DNA of 56,331 nt, filler included, from Blastocystis sp. subtype 4 (taxonomy: Eukaryota): NCBI RefSeq assembly GCF_000743755.1. It is 2 parts of 2 records of this genome, joined end to end, with 100 filler letters (N's around TTAATTAATTAA, not from the genome) between each part and the next. Parts side by side here need not be neighbours in the genome. Positions count along the whole stretch, not along the records: positions 1 to 28,164 come from NW_014569415.1; 1 more part is not named here. The stretch is one strand, 5' to 3'. Positions 11,766 to 25,338 of the stretch are shown piece after piece. The notes under the pieces are model-generated. The model saw only the letters and a program-made list of their open reading frames with translations. It was not told the DNA's origin and did not search any database. The translations under genes were made by a program, and so were the position numbers. Numbering within the stretch: the stretch's first letter is position 1; every line of letters starts with the position of its first letter.

Positions 11766-13770
11766 ATGTCTGATAATAAGGCTCCACTAATCTCCCAGGA
11801 AGTTAAGAATAACGAGAATAGCAAGAAGAGCTGCACATTTGATGTTTGGCCGTATGTCAACCGTAGATATCAAACTGTGTCCTGAACTGTAGTTGTCTTG
11901 ATGGTATTAGCAGTCTACGCATGGAGAACCTATCTTGTTAAATTGGCCACCAAAAACGGTTTATTTCTATATGTTCACTGATATGTAGGTATTACATCGA
12001 TTGCAAAGTTTATGTTTTCGTTCCTTAAGGAAAAGAAAATGCTATCGGTAAAGGGTGAGATGTGGAGAGAGACTCTTTTCTATGTTTATTTAATCTTCTG
12101 CAGCCTTATGGGTCTCTTAAACTCTATAATTCCCATAAGGAAGGCCCTTGATAGAAAGCCCTTGATACCTGGCTTTTATTCGTACAAATTTGGGTTATTA
12201 GTGACGTAGACGACGATCGATGATTCTTGCATTTGCACTCATCCTGCTCATCATCCTCTGGACCGTAGCCACCATTTGTTTGGATATGAATGCTATGAGC
12301 ATTAAAAAGTCTCCCTCAGCATGGTTGTATAGGTTGAGTTGCTATTGGTTGAATCTGTTCTGGACTCTTGGTGTATGGTTTATCTTATTCTCCTTACATC
12401 CAGATCATCTTTTGTACTCGTAATACTGTTTTCCAGTACATCTACCAGATTCCATATGTAGATCCTTTTCTCCCTGTTAATCGTAGGCTTCGATCATCTC
12501 TACTCATCGTGCCGTTGGTACAGCCGCCTTCTGGACAACAGTGGGTCACCTTGTCGTAATCATCTGGAAGTGGTTTGCTCAGAACCGAGTTCATTCGTTC
12601 TCTGAGTTATGGAACCATTACTGGCACTACTATAATAAACCTCTTGACTGGAAGGATCTCGGTTTCATGGGATCAACCAGTCTATTATTACGTTTGATGC
12701 CTATTTGGGGTCTGATGATGCTAACAGCCATGCCATGGATCCGTCGCAGATTCTGGGAGTGGTTCTTGTATCTTCATAAAGTGGTTATAGTGATCTTCTT
12801 CGTATTGTTCTACTATCATTCTCGCTACTTCATCAACACAGCAATTATTCCTCTGGGTCTTTATGTTCTTGATAAGTTAGTACGATGGATCTCCATTTAC
12901 TCTCGTTGTTGCAAAGTCACTACAATTCATGCCTATGAGGATGTGGTCCACCTCGAAATCACTGTGAATTCTCTGTTCTCAAAATGGTGTCAGTTCCCAT
13001 CTCTCGTGGGTTCTGTTGCTTATCTGAATATTCCTAAAGCCAAGTTCATTGAGTATCATCCTATCTCAATTGCTTATAACCACGGGAATGTCTTGGGTTT
13101 CTTTATCAAGGTGGTTGGCAATGAACATAGTTGGTCTCATAAATTGGCAAAGTTGAGTGATAAGGAGGGTTTGAGAGCCTATGTTGAAGGCCCATACACG
13201 ATGGTGAAGCGTCGTGCCGATGAGACAACAATCACTGAAGAGAAAGCAAAGAAACTTGTGAATCAGATGTATCACGATAATATCATGATCGTAGCAGGAG
13301 GATGTGGATTTGGAGGAGTCTCTGCTTATATCTTGGATTGTTTGAAAGCTGTTAAGCATTTGCCATCAGAAGAACAAGCGAAGAAGAGTATGCACGTTGT
13401 CTTAGTGGTTCCTCATCATGCTCATTTTGATGCTATGAAAGACATTCTTTTGGAATGTAAGGAATGTGGATTCTGTAAACTTCATTTGTATGCTACTTAT
13501 AGAAATAATGAAGAACTCCGTACTAATTCTCCTAAGGGAGTTGATGCGAATTCTGTGAGAGTAAAGTCTCTGAAGGGTGATGTGAATGAATTCGTTACTC
13601 TTGATTATACTGTGGGTCGACCTGACTTGAAGTCCATTCTTGATGGATTGGATGATCTGCCAATTACAGCATTTGCTTGTGGTCCAAAAACACTTATCAG
13701 CTCTTTCTATAAGGAATTGCGTAAGCAAAAGCGTCGATTCCAGTGCCATATTGATGTGTTTGATATGTAA
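11766..13770 (+). CDS. Ferric reductase / NADPH-oxidase superfamily membrane flavocytochrome
   Basis: TM helices with two H-x13-H heme pairs (THRAVGTAAFWTTVGH; LHKVVIVIFFVLFYYH), FAD motif EYHPISI, EGPY, NAD(P)H motifs VAGGCGF and FACGP. Confidence 0.85.
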
Positions 13771-13772
13771 TA

Positions 13773-13788
13773 TGTTTGTGAATAAACA
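13773..13788. terminator. Back-to-back 3'-end elements, ferric reductase / USP
   Basis: TGTTTGTG|AATAAACA. Confidence 0.75.
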
Positions 13789-13792
13789 TTCC

Positions 13793-16700
13793 AGATATAC
13801 AGATCGTCTGAATCTGAAAGAGCAGGTTCTGCATTAGACGAAATTTGCTGTGTCAAATATACATCAGCTCCTTGTTTTAATACTGGGTCTGGCTTCACTT
13901 CATCATCAATCACCACTTCGATGGGAGTCAGATCCATCTCTCTGTGATAACTAGTTTCTCGAGGGATTGTAACTTCTACTGGTTTCTGTGTACACTGATT
14001 GGAAATAAAATTTGAAGACCTATCCAATGAAGAGGAAACAGTCCAATCATCCAAATTCTTCTCATTAGTTCTCTCATCCTCCAAACTCAAATCATCCATT
14101 CGTTGACTATCACACCACCATTTGGTCTCCATAGTCGTTCTATTTTGCATGGATTCTGTTCCATTACCACTTGTTGAAGGTACCACATTCACTTGTTGAA
14201 GTTCGTCATTAGAAGGAGTTTCCTTCGGATGTGAGGCGATATACTCTTCATGAAGTGTTTTCACTTTCTCACAGACATCCTGACTTGACACTCTTCCATG
14301 TCTCCTCTGATAAAATAGCACATAGGCAGTATCACGAACTAATCCGTCTTCTCCTTTCTCATAGACTCCACTATCATTGTACTCATACCACTTAGTATAA
14401 CCATCATTCTCATCTCTTGCATAACAATAGTAATGACCTCCACTACTGCTTCCACTATGATTACAAATGGCTGTTAGATCATATATTGTATCTTCCGCGG
14501 GAATTGAAGTAGAATCATGTAACCATGGTTGCATATTCAAATCATGAATAGGAAAACGGACCAAAGTCGATATCTTGCGTCGACCACCTCCATATCCATA
14601 GGCAAAACCATTCTGTGTATATTCAAATCGTTCTAGTTGAAGAATAAGAATTTCTGGTAATTTGTCAACACGTGTTACACTCTCTGCACACATGTGATCT
14701 TGACAATGAGGACAGTACCATTTGTTGTTCTCATCCAAATTACCATGTTGAGTATACAGCTGTAAGCACTCCACTAAATCAACTCCAAGGTCTTCATCAT
14801 TTGTGTCCCATCGTGATGATATGGCAGAATGAAGAGTTGTGGCTGACGCTTTGATCATACATCCCACAATAGGGTTTGAACGTAATTCTGGTGAATATGA
14901 AGAGATTGTGGAGAAATCATAGAAGTCAGAGAAGGATGAAGGATTCTCAAGCGCTGGTGTGATGATTGGAATCAGGACTAAATGAAGTAATGAAATCCGT
15001 TGAATAGCAGAGTTAAAGGAGACTGAAGCATCATTACACAGGACTAATCCATCATGCCAATCACCATGAGTGGAATATACCAAGGGGAAGAAAGGTGCTT
15101 GCTTATACCACGACAAATCATCTAATATTCATTCCTCAACACAATGATACTGGAAGAATCATGATCAGATTCAGGATGGACTGTTAATGGCTCTTCCTCC
15201 ATTGGGATAGTGATTTCCGGTTTGGTTTGTTCTGAATGAAGATCACTTGAAACCATATTCTCAGATGAACCTCCAGGAAGACCTCTTCCAATACTAGAAA
15301 GACTATTCGAGTTGGAATAAGATTCATTCATAGGTTGAGTTGAATTTATAGTCTCTTCATTCTCAATGTCTGAAGAACTAGTGAAAATGTTATCAGAATG
15401 AGATTCATGATGAAGAGAAGAATCCTTAGTATTCTGACTTTTATCATGTGAATATAGTAAGTTTCCTTCAGGATTCTTAAGAGAATATGAATGATGATGA
15501 TCAAACATTGAATTGTACTCATCTTGATCTGATGGTTCTAATGTTTGATGGAATATCCTCCAACTTACTTGTAATCTGAACATGAGTAAACGGAGACGTT
15601 ACAGTAGGATGATCATTACGATTTAACCATGATTCACGACGACGTTGATCCGCTTCTTCTCGTCGTAATCTCTCTTCTTCTTGTCGCTTCCATTCCTTCT
15701 CCTGTTCCTTTTCCATCTCTACAGCCTTCTGATGGCATTTCTCTTCCCATTGAATAAGTGCATTTTGAGCAATCTCTTTCTCAGAAACAAAAGGACTCAC
15801 AAGTCGTTGATAGATTCTCCAAGCAACCTCGATCAATGATTCATTCTCCTGATAGAGGAAGAGGAGAGGTACATCCAAGATAGGAATGAGATCATATTCA
15901 TCAGCATTCTTCTTGTAAAAGTGATCAGAACCATTGTAATAATAACTGTTCCTTTCCACACTACGACGCATAGTTTTCAATTGTATAGCTGATGGATGAA
16001 TGAAGATAATTCTGTCTGTTGACTGACGCTCACGAGATAACTAATGACATCATCACGGAATGATTCCTACCACGTACACCACTACTGTGGGACCTATCAG
16101 TACATTAATACTAGACGATGGCATCACTTCATTCACACTATCTCGACTGAGAGTAGCCAATACAAGTCGAGTCGCGGGAATATCCAATTTCTGGGAGATA
16201 TTGGAAAGGACAAATTCCACAGTATCCTTGACAGTTGCATGAATCACTACAGTTTCTGGATACATTTCCAGTGGATCGTTTTCAGAGAAGAATGATTTCA
16301 ACACGTTTACACAAACTGAAACTCTTTCAGGAGGAAGAGGCAAGGTGAGGAGACTGAATGGTTCATATTTCACACGTTGCTATATATAAATTTCCATTTG
16401 TGAGTGTACCTCTCCACATTTACAACATTTGATGAAAGTAATGTTCTGACCATAAAACCAATCAATAATCTGGCTTTGTTGACGACAAAGATGATATCTC
16501 CACATTTCTGCGGACTGTTGAGGAGTGAAGTGATCATAGGTTGGTAATTCAATATATGGCTTTATGGAAACCTTGTTGATGTCCTCATGAATTAAATCAA
16601 GAAGCATAATCTAGAGTGACATCTCACATCCATTCCGACAATGAATTCCTGGCTGTCATGCTGACTGTATCCTTGAAACTGGGTTGCAAAGGTTTCTACA

Positions 16701-17486
16701 ACCTCCTTAAAGTGACGAGGTGTGATGGCTGGTGAAGACCCAAGCCAAAGGGATTTGATCACATCAGCAAATACATTAATAACCTTTCCTCCGGTTCCCG
16801 ACTTATTCTCCACATTAATCTGTACATGACTCAAAGCAACACACTAATCACATAATGTTTATATTCATCGGTTATTAGAAACTGAGCGAGACACGGGAGG
16901 TGAGAAAGGCACTAGATACTCGGTTAATACGTTATTCCTTACTTGAATTGCCGTATTCATATAACACGTGTTGCCAATATTTGATAGCCCTGTGCGACAG
17001 TTCCTAGCTGTTTGTGGATTGTACGATTCGAAGGAAGGTACGAAATCCGAAAGGAAGTAGGATCCATAGCTCGAGCCCTGTTGATACGAATACATCCTTC
17101 CAATTCAGGATGGTATGGGAGAATTATTGTTAGTGTATTTTACCATTCTTATTATCCTATTCAAATAGAAATTGACTGAACTACTTGAGTTCATCCTCAA
17201 AAGAAGATTGTTGATGACCATTCCATTTGGTTTTCATACTACCACTTCTGAAGCATCTACCACATGACTTTACGTGTTCCATTGTATTATTATGAACACA
17301 ATAAATCTGCAAAAAACAGAATCAAAAACTCGTGACAAGATCGCTATTCCTGATAACCTCAAATACTCGTCAATCCGAGATCCAGATCGTTGGCTATAAG
17401 GATAGTTGGAATTACCCAATAGATTTCATTGTTGTTGTGATCGTGAAAGGGAGTAAAGCGACATCCATTGCATTTTCCTGAATCAT
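13793..17486 (-). CDS. Ubiquitin-specific protease (peptidase C19, USP4/15-like); start uncertain; poly(A)-made stop
   Basis: Cys box GLSNIGNTCYMN, QHDSQEF, LPEILILQLERF, His box NHSGSSSGGHYYCY..WYEYNDS. In-frame T at 13793 lies 4 nt before TGTTTATT. Confidence 0.88.
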
Positions 17487-17534
17487 CTCGTTTCTGATCA
17501 TTACTACTGCTTCTTTCTCTTTATTTTCAAATCT

Positions 17535-18568
17535 ATGGTACTTCTGTCGTACTTAGGAGTCTGAACGATAGAGCTCTACTGTTAAGGCCATTGACAATGT
17601 GTCGTTAGAGCCAGGAACACCGAAGGCAATGATTCCAGACATGTACATGGATCTTTCTACAACATATTCGAGCCACATCCCCATGACGGCGGGCATCGCC
17701 TTACCGACTTTGCACGAATCGTCATGCTATTCTCCTCTTCTAGGTATGGATTCACCGCTTCTTCCACTTTCTGCAAGTCCCTATGATTTCTATTCTTTTT
17801 CTTCAGGCTTCGCTACAGCGCCACCTTCTGTGTCACATCCCTCTGGAGGGGTTCGTTTATCTCCCTCTGAGTTTAATTCGCGTTTTTCGCCGCATGCTGA
17901 AAAGTGTTTCCGTTTAGAAGGTAGAGGTGAGATGATTCGAAAGCGTCTCCAGTACGTGGGGATGATCGATGATCCTATTGTGGTTTCCAATACCTTCATT
18001 AGTCAGCCATGTACCCCAATTCGAAAGAGTAAGGACTGGAGGGAGACGAAAGATATGTATGATCGAACAAAAACCCCAATGCGTCTGCAATATCGATTAA
18101 AACAGCAATGTGGACATCGAAAGCCTTTTCTATTACGTTCTCCTGTCCGTTCACTTCGGAATGTGGAGATAATGCGTAATGGTAAATTGAGTAGAAATAT
18201 TGATACTCTTTGACGTAGAATTCGATACTGCGGGTGTTCTGTGCACTCCTCTTCCACCACAGAAGCATAATACTATGGTGAAGACAGATGGTGGTTTCAT
18301 TGTTCATTATGATGATTCGTCTATTGAACATAAATTACAAATGATGCGTATCAAATCTGAGAGCTCCAATGACTCGACTCTGTCCAGTACAGATTTGGAT
18401 GTGTTAGAGCGTGTCAGCGGAAAGGAGAATATTCGTGTGAATGGAGATGAAGAAGTAGAGATTGATTGTGATGGAATGATTCTGTGTATGAAGGAGATGA
18501 CAGCTGATAGACTGAATACCCTTCGCAGGAAGTTGATTCCGGACAGTTCAACCCATTTTATACTATAA
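17535..18568 (+). CDS. Hypothetical Ser/Pro-rich protein
   Basis: ORFs 17599-18213 and 18200-18568 join through a GT-AG intron at about 18182-18218. No recognised domain. Confidence 0.55.
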
Positions 18569-18577
18569 TTGGCATGT

Positions 18578-18593
18578 GGTTTGTTCACAAATA
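18578..18593. terminator. Back-to-back 3'-end elements, hypothetical gene / WDR25-like
   Basis: GGTTTGTT|CACAAATA; the minus-strand TGA lies exactly 4 nt away. Confidence 0.6.
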
Positions 18594-18597
18594 GCAT

Positions 18598-19907
18598 TCA
18601 CTTTAGAACAGCAATTTTACCATCCCAACTACCAATTGCAATAGCACTTGATAGGCGAGGATGATATTCAGCACACATACAAGCACATTTGTTGAAGGCT
18701 CTCATCACATCCAATATCCTTGAAGTATGATAATCATAGAAATACAAAGACCCTCCCGTGGATCCTGTAACAATGATTTCTCCATCTGGAGAGAAGGAAA
18801 ACCCAATCTTATATCCACTTACTTTATGACCTCCATATCGCTATAATCATCATTCAACACCATTACTACCTTCGTACGATTCAATCGATATGGTTTAGTC
18901 GATTGGAATAGTGCAAGATAATCTGCAGCACTCTGAGCTACGAACACTTCTTCGGTTGGGTGCTTTCTTACGCAAGAACAAGTGTATGTTTCGAGATAGA
19001 TCTGGTTAGAAAGAGGAGCTCCAGATCGGAAATCCCACACAATTAATCCCTTATCTGTTGAATTCCTCTTTGTGATTTCAGCACTGGAAAGAAACGAGTT
19101 TCCATTCTTCTATTCATTACGTTTCGGATTCATTTCTACATCAAGAAATGTCATGTCTTCTACTTCACCAAACTCCGCAAAATACTCGCAGACAACACTT
19201 CCAACACGTGTATCCCAACATACAATTCCCTTCTGGTGACCACCTGAGAGAAAGAGAGAGGGATTTGTGGGATGAGCACACAAACTAGTAACCCATCTAC
19301 TTGTCACTGTTCTGATCCATAAATCACTCTGTATGCTTATAAGAATGAGAACAGACACCCTTTTCAGTATCAATCACATTCACATAACAATCAAGGCCAC
19401 CAGAGAACAAAGTACATCCATCGACACTCCACCGTATATCCTTCACTCCTTGTGTGTGTCTCAGATTCAGTACCTCTCCTTTGTTAGGATACACTGACCA
19501 TAATCGCACTGATGAATCCAACGATGATGAAACCAGCAAATGACCATATACAGGGTGCCACCGTAATGCAGTGATAGCTCCGTCATGCCCTGAGAGCACA
19601 GAGTCGACATCTGTCGGAATCTTGGATTTAACTGTGAATTGTCTATTCGTTATTACATAAACATAACATTACTGTTTCGCATACTGCTTCAAGTTTTCTT
19701 CCACTTCAAGTTCCTTCCATTGTACTAGCGGATTATTAATCCAGAATATACTAACTCTTTTGCTGTAGAATAGGTTTGTATTCTGTTTCACTCGCAACTC
19801 TCTTCTTCTTTGGGATATATGGCTTCGGGACAGGTCCCATCTAAATCTAATTGAAGGTAATACTAAGATACGAACTGCCGTTTCGAAGATGGTTTTGGTT
19901 CAGACAT
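18598..19907 (-). CDS. WD40-repeat protein, WDR25/CDC40-like
   Basis: MSEPKPSSKRQF-MGPVPKPYIPKKKR; LSGHDGAITALRWHPVYGHLLVSSSLDSSVRLW; GFSFSPDGEIIVTGS; EYHPRLSSAIAIGSWDG. Confidence 0.75.
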
Positions 19908-19915
19908 AACAAACA
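19908..19915 (-). terminator. TGTTTGTT 3'-end element of PRPF31
   Basis: Perfect motif 4 nt after an in-frame T; abuts the ATG of the next gene. Confidence 0.75.
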
Positions 19916-19919
19916 ACTG

Positions 19920-21622
19920 ATGATTTCTTGGGTCCAACACTAGAGAATCCACTTGCAGCATTGAAATAACTTGATTCTTTCTTCTCTGGCTTCTTGGCTG
20001 TGCTAATTAGCTCAATTCCTTGAGCATCAGCCAAATTGAAGCTAGAAGCGAGTCCAGAGATGTATCCCTTATTTGAAGCTTCACCAATCCGTTTCAACGT
20101 CTTTTGAGCTATTTATCATATCCATTCTCAAACCCTACACAACTTCATTTTCTTTACTGTCACCTTTCGAATATCTCCAGTTCCCTGTTCTAATGATCCA
20201 TATTCGATACCCATTGCTTCATCTGCGTAATTATTGGCAGCAACACCAAATCCTCGACGATTCATTCGTTTCTGAATCTCTGTCATTGCTCGTGCTTCTT
20301 TTAGCTTTCGCATTCGTCGACCTCCACGTCGCTTCTTCGGAGCATCTCCAGGAACCGGAAGAGGCTTTTGCCGCATTCCTAATGACGGTTGTTGCCACTT
20401 ATCAATCTTCTCTTGAATTTCTCGTCGATATTGAGAACCTTGTTCGTTCGATTGAATCCCTTGAGCATCGATACGTGCTGCTAAGGTCAGTTTATTCGCT
20501 AATACACTATAGTTCATCGATTGTATGTATTAGTACCGACTTGCTTTCATTCTCAAATCTTCAGGAGCATCTTGAACGAGATCTGTTTGATAGATAATTC
20601 CCGTGTGTCGACGTGCTGCCAAACCAAATCCCTCGAATATTTGCTTTTGTTGCCCCACTAACATAACATTACAAGCAGGCATTGTTGATAATGCTTTCAA
20701 ACCACCAACTTGACCAATAATACGGGCTGCAATGTGGGTTCCGACCAAGGCTGATACATTAGGAGCCAATTTCGTCATTCTGGATTCAATAAAACGAAGT
20801 AATAAGGAACGATCTTCATCAAGTTGAATTGCTTCCTCAGATAAAGATAGAACTTCCTTTAGCTTTGATTCTGACAACAATTCACCAATCGAAGTAGATC
20901 CAGTGACAGTTACTACCATGATCTGACTAGGAGGGAGAATATCATCCATTTTCACATTATTCATATCCTATGAGATGAAAGGCAAATCATAGACTCACAG
21001 TTTCGTTTTGAATCCGTGCTACTAGTCTGAGATAATCCAAAGCACTTGGAACGAGAGTTTCTAATTCTGGGAACCGAGATTTAAAAATATCAACAACGGC
21101 ATGATGAATGGCAATAATCTCTTCTCCAATCTTGGAAAGGAGATTATTTGTTTTGACTACTAAAGAGTATCTACACTATGAAGTATACATAATGAACATA
21201 CTCTGGATTCTCTTCTAGATTGAGACTGTAATCTGTATCAAAGGAAGAATTTGGATCATTCATCATTTTCTTAATATTCTATACATCATTTTGAGTCGTA
21301 CAAAATCACTTCTATATGAGTCAAGAACAATGGATCCTTCCCAAGATGAGTTACTGCTCCGGGAATATATTCTTGGACTGTTTTATTCAACTCAGTGACA
21401 TGGAAATACAAAATTCCTACGTCTTCTTCATTATCGCTGTCCTCGTCCTCGCTATTCTCCTCATCCATTTCATTTCCTCGATCGGTCTCATTCTGAACAG
21501 AATCAATAGTCTTTTGCTCCTGAGTCTCTTGCTCTTCTTCCGCTTCTAGTTCGTCCAAATCAGCAAGAAATTCGTCAGCTAATGTACTCTTAATATCATT
21601 CCATTCATTCCATTTAAACCAT
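19920..21622 (-). CDS. PRPF31: U4/U6 snRNP protein Prp31; poly(A)-made stop
   Basis: ATG-only first exon then STLADEFLADLDEL; Nop domain APNVSALVGTHIAARIIGQVGGL; KPLPVP..KKRRGGRRMRK; SGLASS. In-frame T at 19920 lies 4 nt before TGTTTGTT. Confidence 0.95.
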
Positions 21623-21679
21623 GAACAAAACGATCTGGGATTATGCTCTTTTATTTCATTATCAACAAACAATAATTAG

Positions 21680-24600
21680 CTAAATTAAACTTGTACTTCC
21701 TTGCATCGTCTTGGTGGCTTACTAATGTCACTACATATCAATCAGTGAATCGAAACGAACCTCAAGAAGGATACAACCAATGACACAAATAACAATGCTA
21801 CAACAACTTTCACACCATACTTGATAATATACAGATTGAAGAACGAATGGAAAATTCGCATTAATCTCCTAGTTCGAACTATACTTTCTATTCATTAACC
21901 CATCTACTTGGATCTTACTTCGATCCTTCTCAAATTGCGAAGGAAGAGGGAAGAAAGACTCATAAAAGTCATGAATGATTCTAGCCAATTCAGGAGTTTT
22001 GTTATGAATATTGTCATTGATACAAACGAATTTCGATTTCCTTTGTCGGACACTATCAAGTTGTTTCAGAGTATCCGCAAAATCATCGTTAATCATTTGG
22101 AAGGCAACATTTTCATCAGATGCTTGTTCAAAATGCATTATGAACGGGAATTTCCTGTCAATTGCATATCGAACAAGATCACATTGTTTAAAATCTTCAA
22201 AAGTGATATTCAACGAATAGAATGAATGTCGTTTCAAATTGTGTCTCGCATCATGATACAATTCTTCCTTTTCTGTCAAATTCCCTTTCAAACAAGTCAA
22301 TAGAATGATCTTTTCCTTTTCTCCTGCTCTTTTATCATTTACAATAGTATTCAATGAATCCAATTCATTGTCATTCAGAACACCATCACTATCAGCATCA
22401 ATCCATTTCCATACCATCTCCATTTGTTCACCTCTCTTTAACCACTCTAAATGATAATGATAATGGAAGTATAAAAAGGCATATTGAAGATCATTTCCTT
22501 CACGGAAGCGATGATGAATAGTATCAGTCACTAACTCTGTCATATTCCTTTCAATGACCTCCATAATATGTTTGTTGATAAGATGAGGCATATGAGCAGG
22601 GACTAATCGATCTCGGTTACCAAACATTCGAATCAGAGCTAGATTGGTATGTATGAGCGAATCACGATAGGTGTCAGCAAGACGACGACCTGTCGGAATG
22701 GAGAGTGATGTATTGGTGAAGATGGTAGCAACTTCATCAAGATGCTGAATACCATGAGTTTGGAAATAGTGTTGGAATCGAGGTGAGAGAGGATTCTATT
22801 TATAAACAGCTCTATTAACACAAACTAAGAGCATGATCTCATCTAATAATTCTTCTGCTTTCTGGGTCTCTTCACTTAGCTGTCTCTTGTAATTCAATTC
22901 CTCCTGAGTCTCATTCCATACTCGTTTCAGAAGCGACATATTGAATACCAATCCAATATCAGCAGCATACGCACTATGCTTCGTAGTTACTTGAAGAGGG
23001 ATTGACTCCACATCAATTTCATCAACAGACTGAGAATTCTCGATAACAACATTACATTGCATTGTCTCATGAATTGGAAGCATGATCACAAGTTCATCAT
23101 TCTGCAACCAGTGTATGATTTCAGATATACTCAAATAAGAAAGGTCTTGAGGTGAAAACAGAGAAGACACAGGATGAACAAGAGAGAGAAACGAAAATGG
23201 AACAAAACGAGTGACATTCATTTCAAATACCAGTGTATTCGTGTCAGCCATAGTTTGATCTAATTCCAATCTCAAATGATCACGACAGAGGTTTTCATCT
23301 GGTCCTTCTGGCATCTGCTGTCGTAATTTGCTACGTAGACCTATCCAAAACTCTTCATTCTCCCACTGATCTGATTCAATGAGTTGAATGGGATTCACTT
23401 GTGAATTATGGGTGACTTTCAGGACTGTGCAAGCAACAGCATGTTGATCTGAGACTACAGAGATATTCATTGGAATCACTGATCGTTGCCATGCCTCACA
23501 AGTCTTGAAAGCATTCAATTCAGCTCGTGGAGGAAGAATATCAACAGATGCAATAGCAATCTGTGGAGTTGCTGATTGATAGGAAGAAGAGTCACCTCGA
23601 TTCATCTCCACATGAAACCGAATGAATGCTTGAGATTGATTGTCCGAAGGCAGAGTTAGTGAAGGATTCAATGATGATTGTAATACATTATCTGCTTGAT
23701 TCTGAACAACAAATCGAAGGATCTCGATATAAACATGAAGTTTAGTGGAAGTAATGCAATGAAGATGAAGAACTAAACGTCTCGATGCAACAGAAGGTTG
23801 TAATACGATCATCAGTCGTTTCATTTCTTGATTATAGATTGATTCAAAGACAAATTCTATTGTTTAATTGGATTCTTTGATTTTACGATCTTCTAGAATC
23901 TCAGCCCTGATTATAGACTCTATATTCTCCATATTCAAGTCAATGTAATTAACATTAGGAATGATTGGACTTGAGACTCGAGATATATACAGAGGAAATG
24001 ATACATCTTTCCATTCTTCAATCACAAAGCGAACTAGCCCATCTTCATTCAAAGCATCATGTTGACACAAAGGGGTGATCACCAAGGGCGGAACCATCGC
24101 TTCATTAGGCTTACAATCATAACCATCATATCCACACTCTGCATTGTTACAACGTGGATCACATATCTATGAATCAGTCCTCTTGATAGTCTACTACACC
24201 ATCTCCCAACCACGTATGACCACAAGAAGTAGAGCAGAACTCCATAAGCTCAACAGTCTCATCTGCCTTGATAAACTCCAATTTCTCCACTTCTTCTGCT
24301 GCTAATCTCATCACATAGACTGGAGAAGACATTTCTGGAGGAGCTGAAGAAGGTGTAGGAGTAACAGGAGCACAGTCACCCAAATCGTATCCACACGAAG
24401 GAGTGTTACAAGCAAAGTCACAATAACCATTTCCTAACTGACTATAACGACACCGAGAGGCACATTCAGGAACTTCCCAGGATCCAAAAAGAACTTGTCC
24501 GCTTGTTAGAGTCATAAAATCATATGGATACACTGGAGACCCCAGAAAGACGTCATCATTGAAATAAATAAAGTAATCGGAGAGACCTGGAATGTGGTGA

Positions 24601-25264
24601 AGATTCAACTCAATGGCTGGTGATGAGAACGTAGGTAATGCAGACTTGTCAGTAAAGATCTCTTCATGTGTCACTATATGAACTCGGGGATTGCTTGTAT
24701 CCAACCACAGTGGGATCTGACCATTTGTTACAATATAGATATTTCGAATCCAAGGGGCATTCACTTCCAAAGAACGAAGACTATATCTACAATATATAAT
24801 ATAGACTACTCCATACTTTAACTCATCGTTATCACGAAAACGATTTGATGAAGTAGCTGTATCGCCTTCTTCATCTGATTCCAGGTGATGTTCCTTATTG
24901 TATTCTGCTTTGTACTTTGACATCTCTCGAAACCAAACTGGATCACTTCCATTCACCCATGTGTATACAGCATCGATTTGTGGATATCGCAAAGAAGAAA
25001 GCGAAGATCGGTTATCGTTAGTCCAACAAGACTTATAGCCGCCAAAATAATGCTTTTTGGTCGATCCATTCGGTACCATTAATCGACTAAGCGAAAGAAG
25101 ACTTTGAATCGTTCCAATAATCGACAATAAAACAACTGCAATTCTATACAGTTAGTAAAATACACAAAGAACTGCTACAATGAAACAACAATCGTTTTCC
25201 TTGACAACAACTTAATGAGTCGAATTCGATACTTAGATGGTATCCAACCTTCCTGGTTATCCAT
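21680..25264 (-). CDS. GNPTAB: Stealth-family GlcNAc-1-phosphotransferase alpha/beta-like protein
   Basis: N-terminal TM; CR1 IDAVYTWVNGSD; CR2 RFRDNDEL-YSLRS..APWIRNIYIVTNGQIP, PTFSSPAIE, FIYFNDD; LNR repeats; CR3 VPAHMPHLI; EF-hand DADSDGVLNDNE; CR4 KFVCINDN..FYESFFPLPSQFE; C-terminal TM. Confidence 0.85.
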
Positions 25265-25338
25265 TCGACTCTTATTCACACTATCAAGAAGGATGTTGTG
25301 ATTACCAACAAAACGAAAACAATAAATGGACAATGTTA

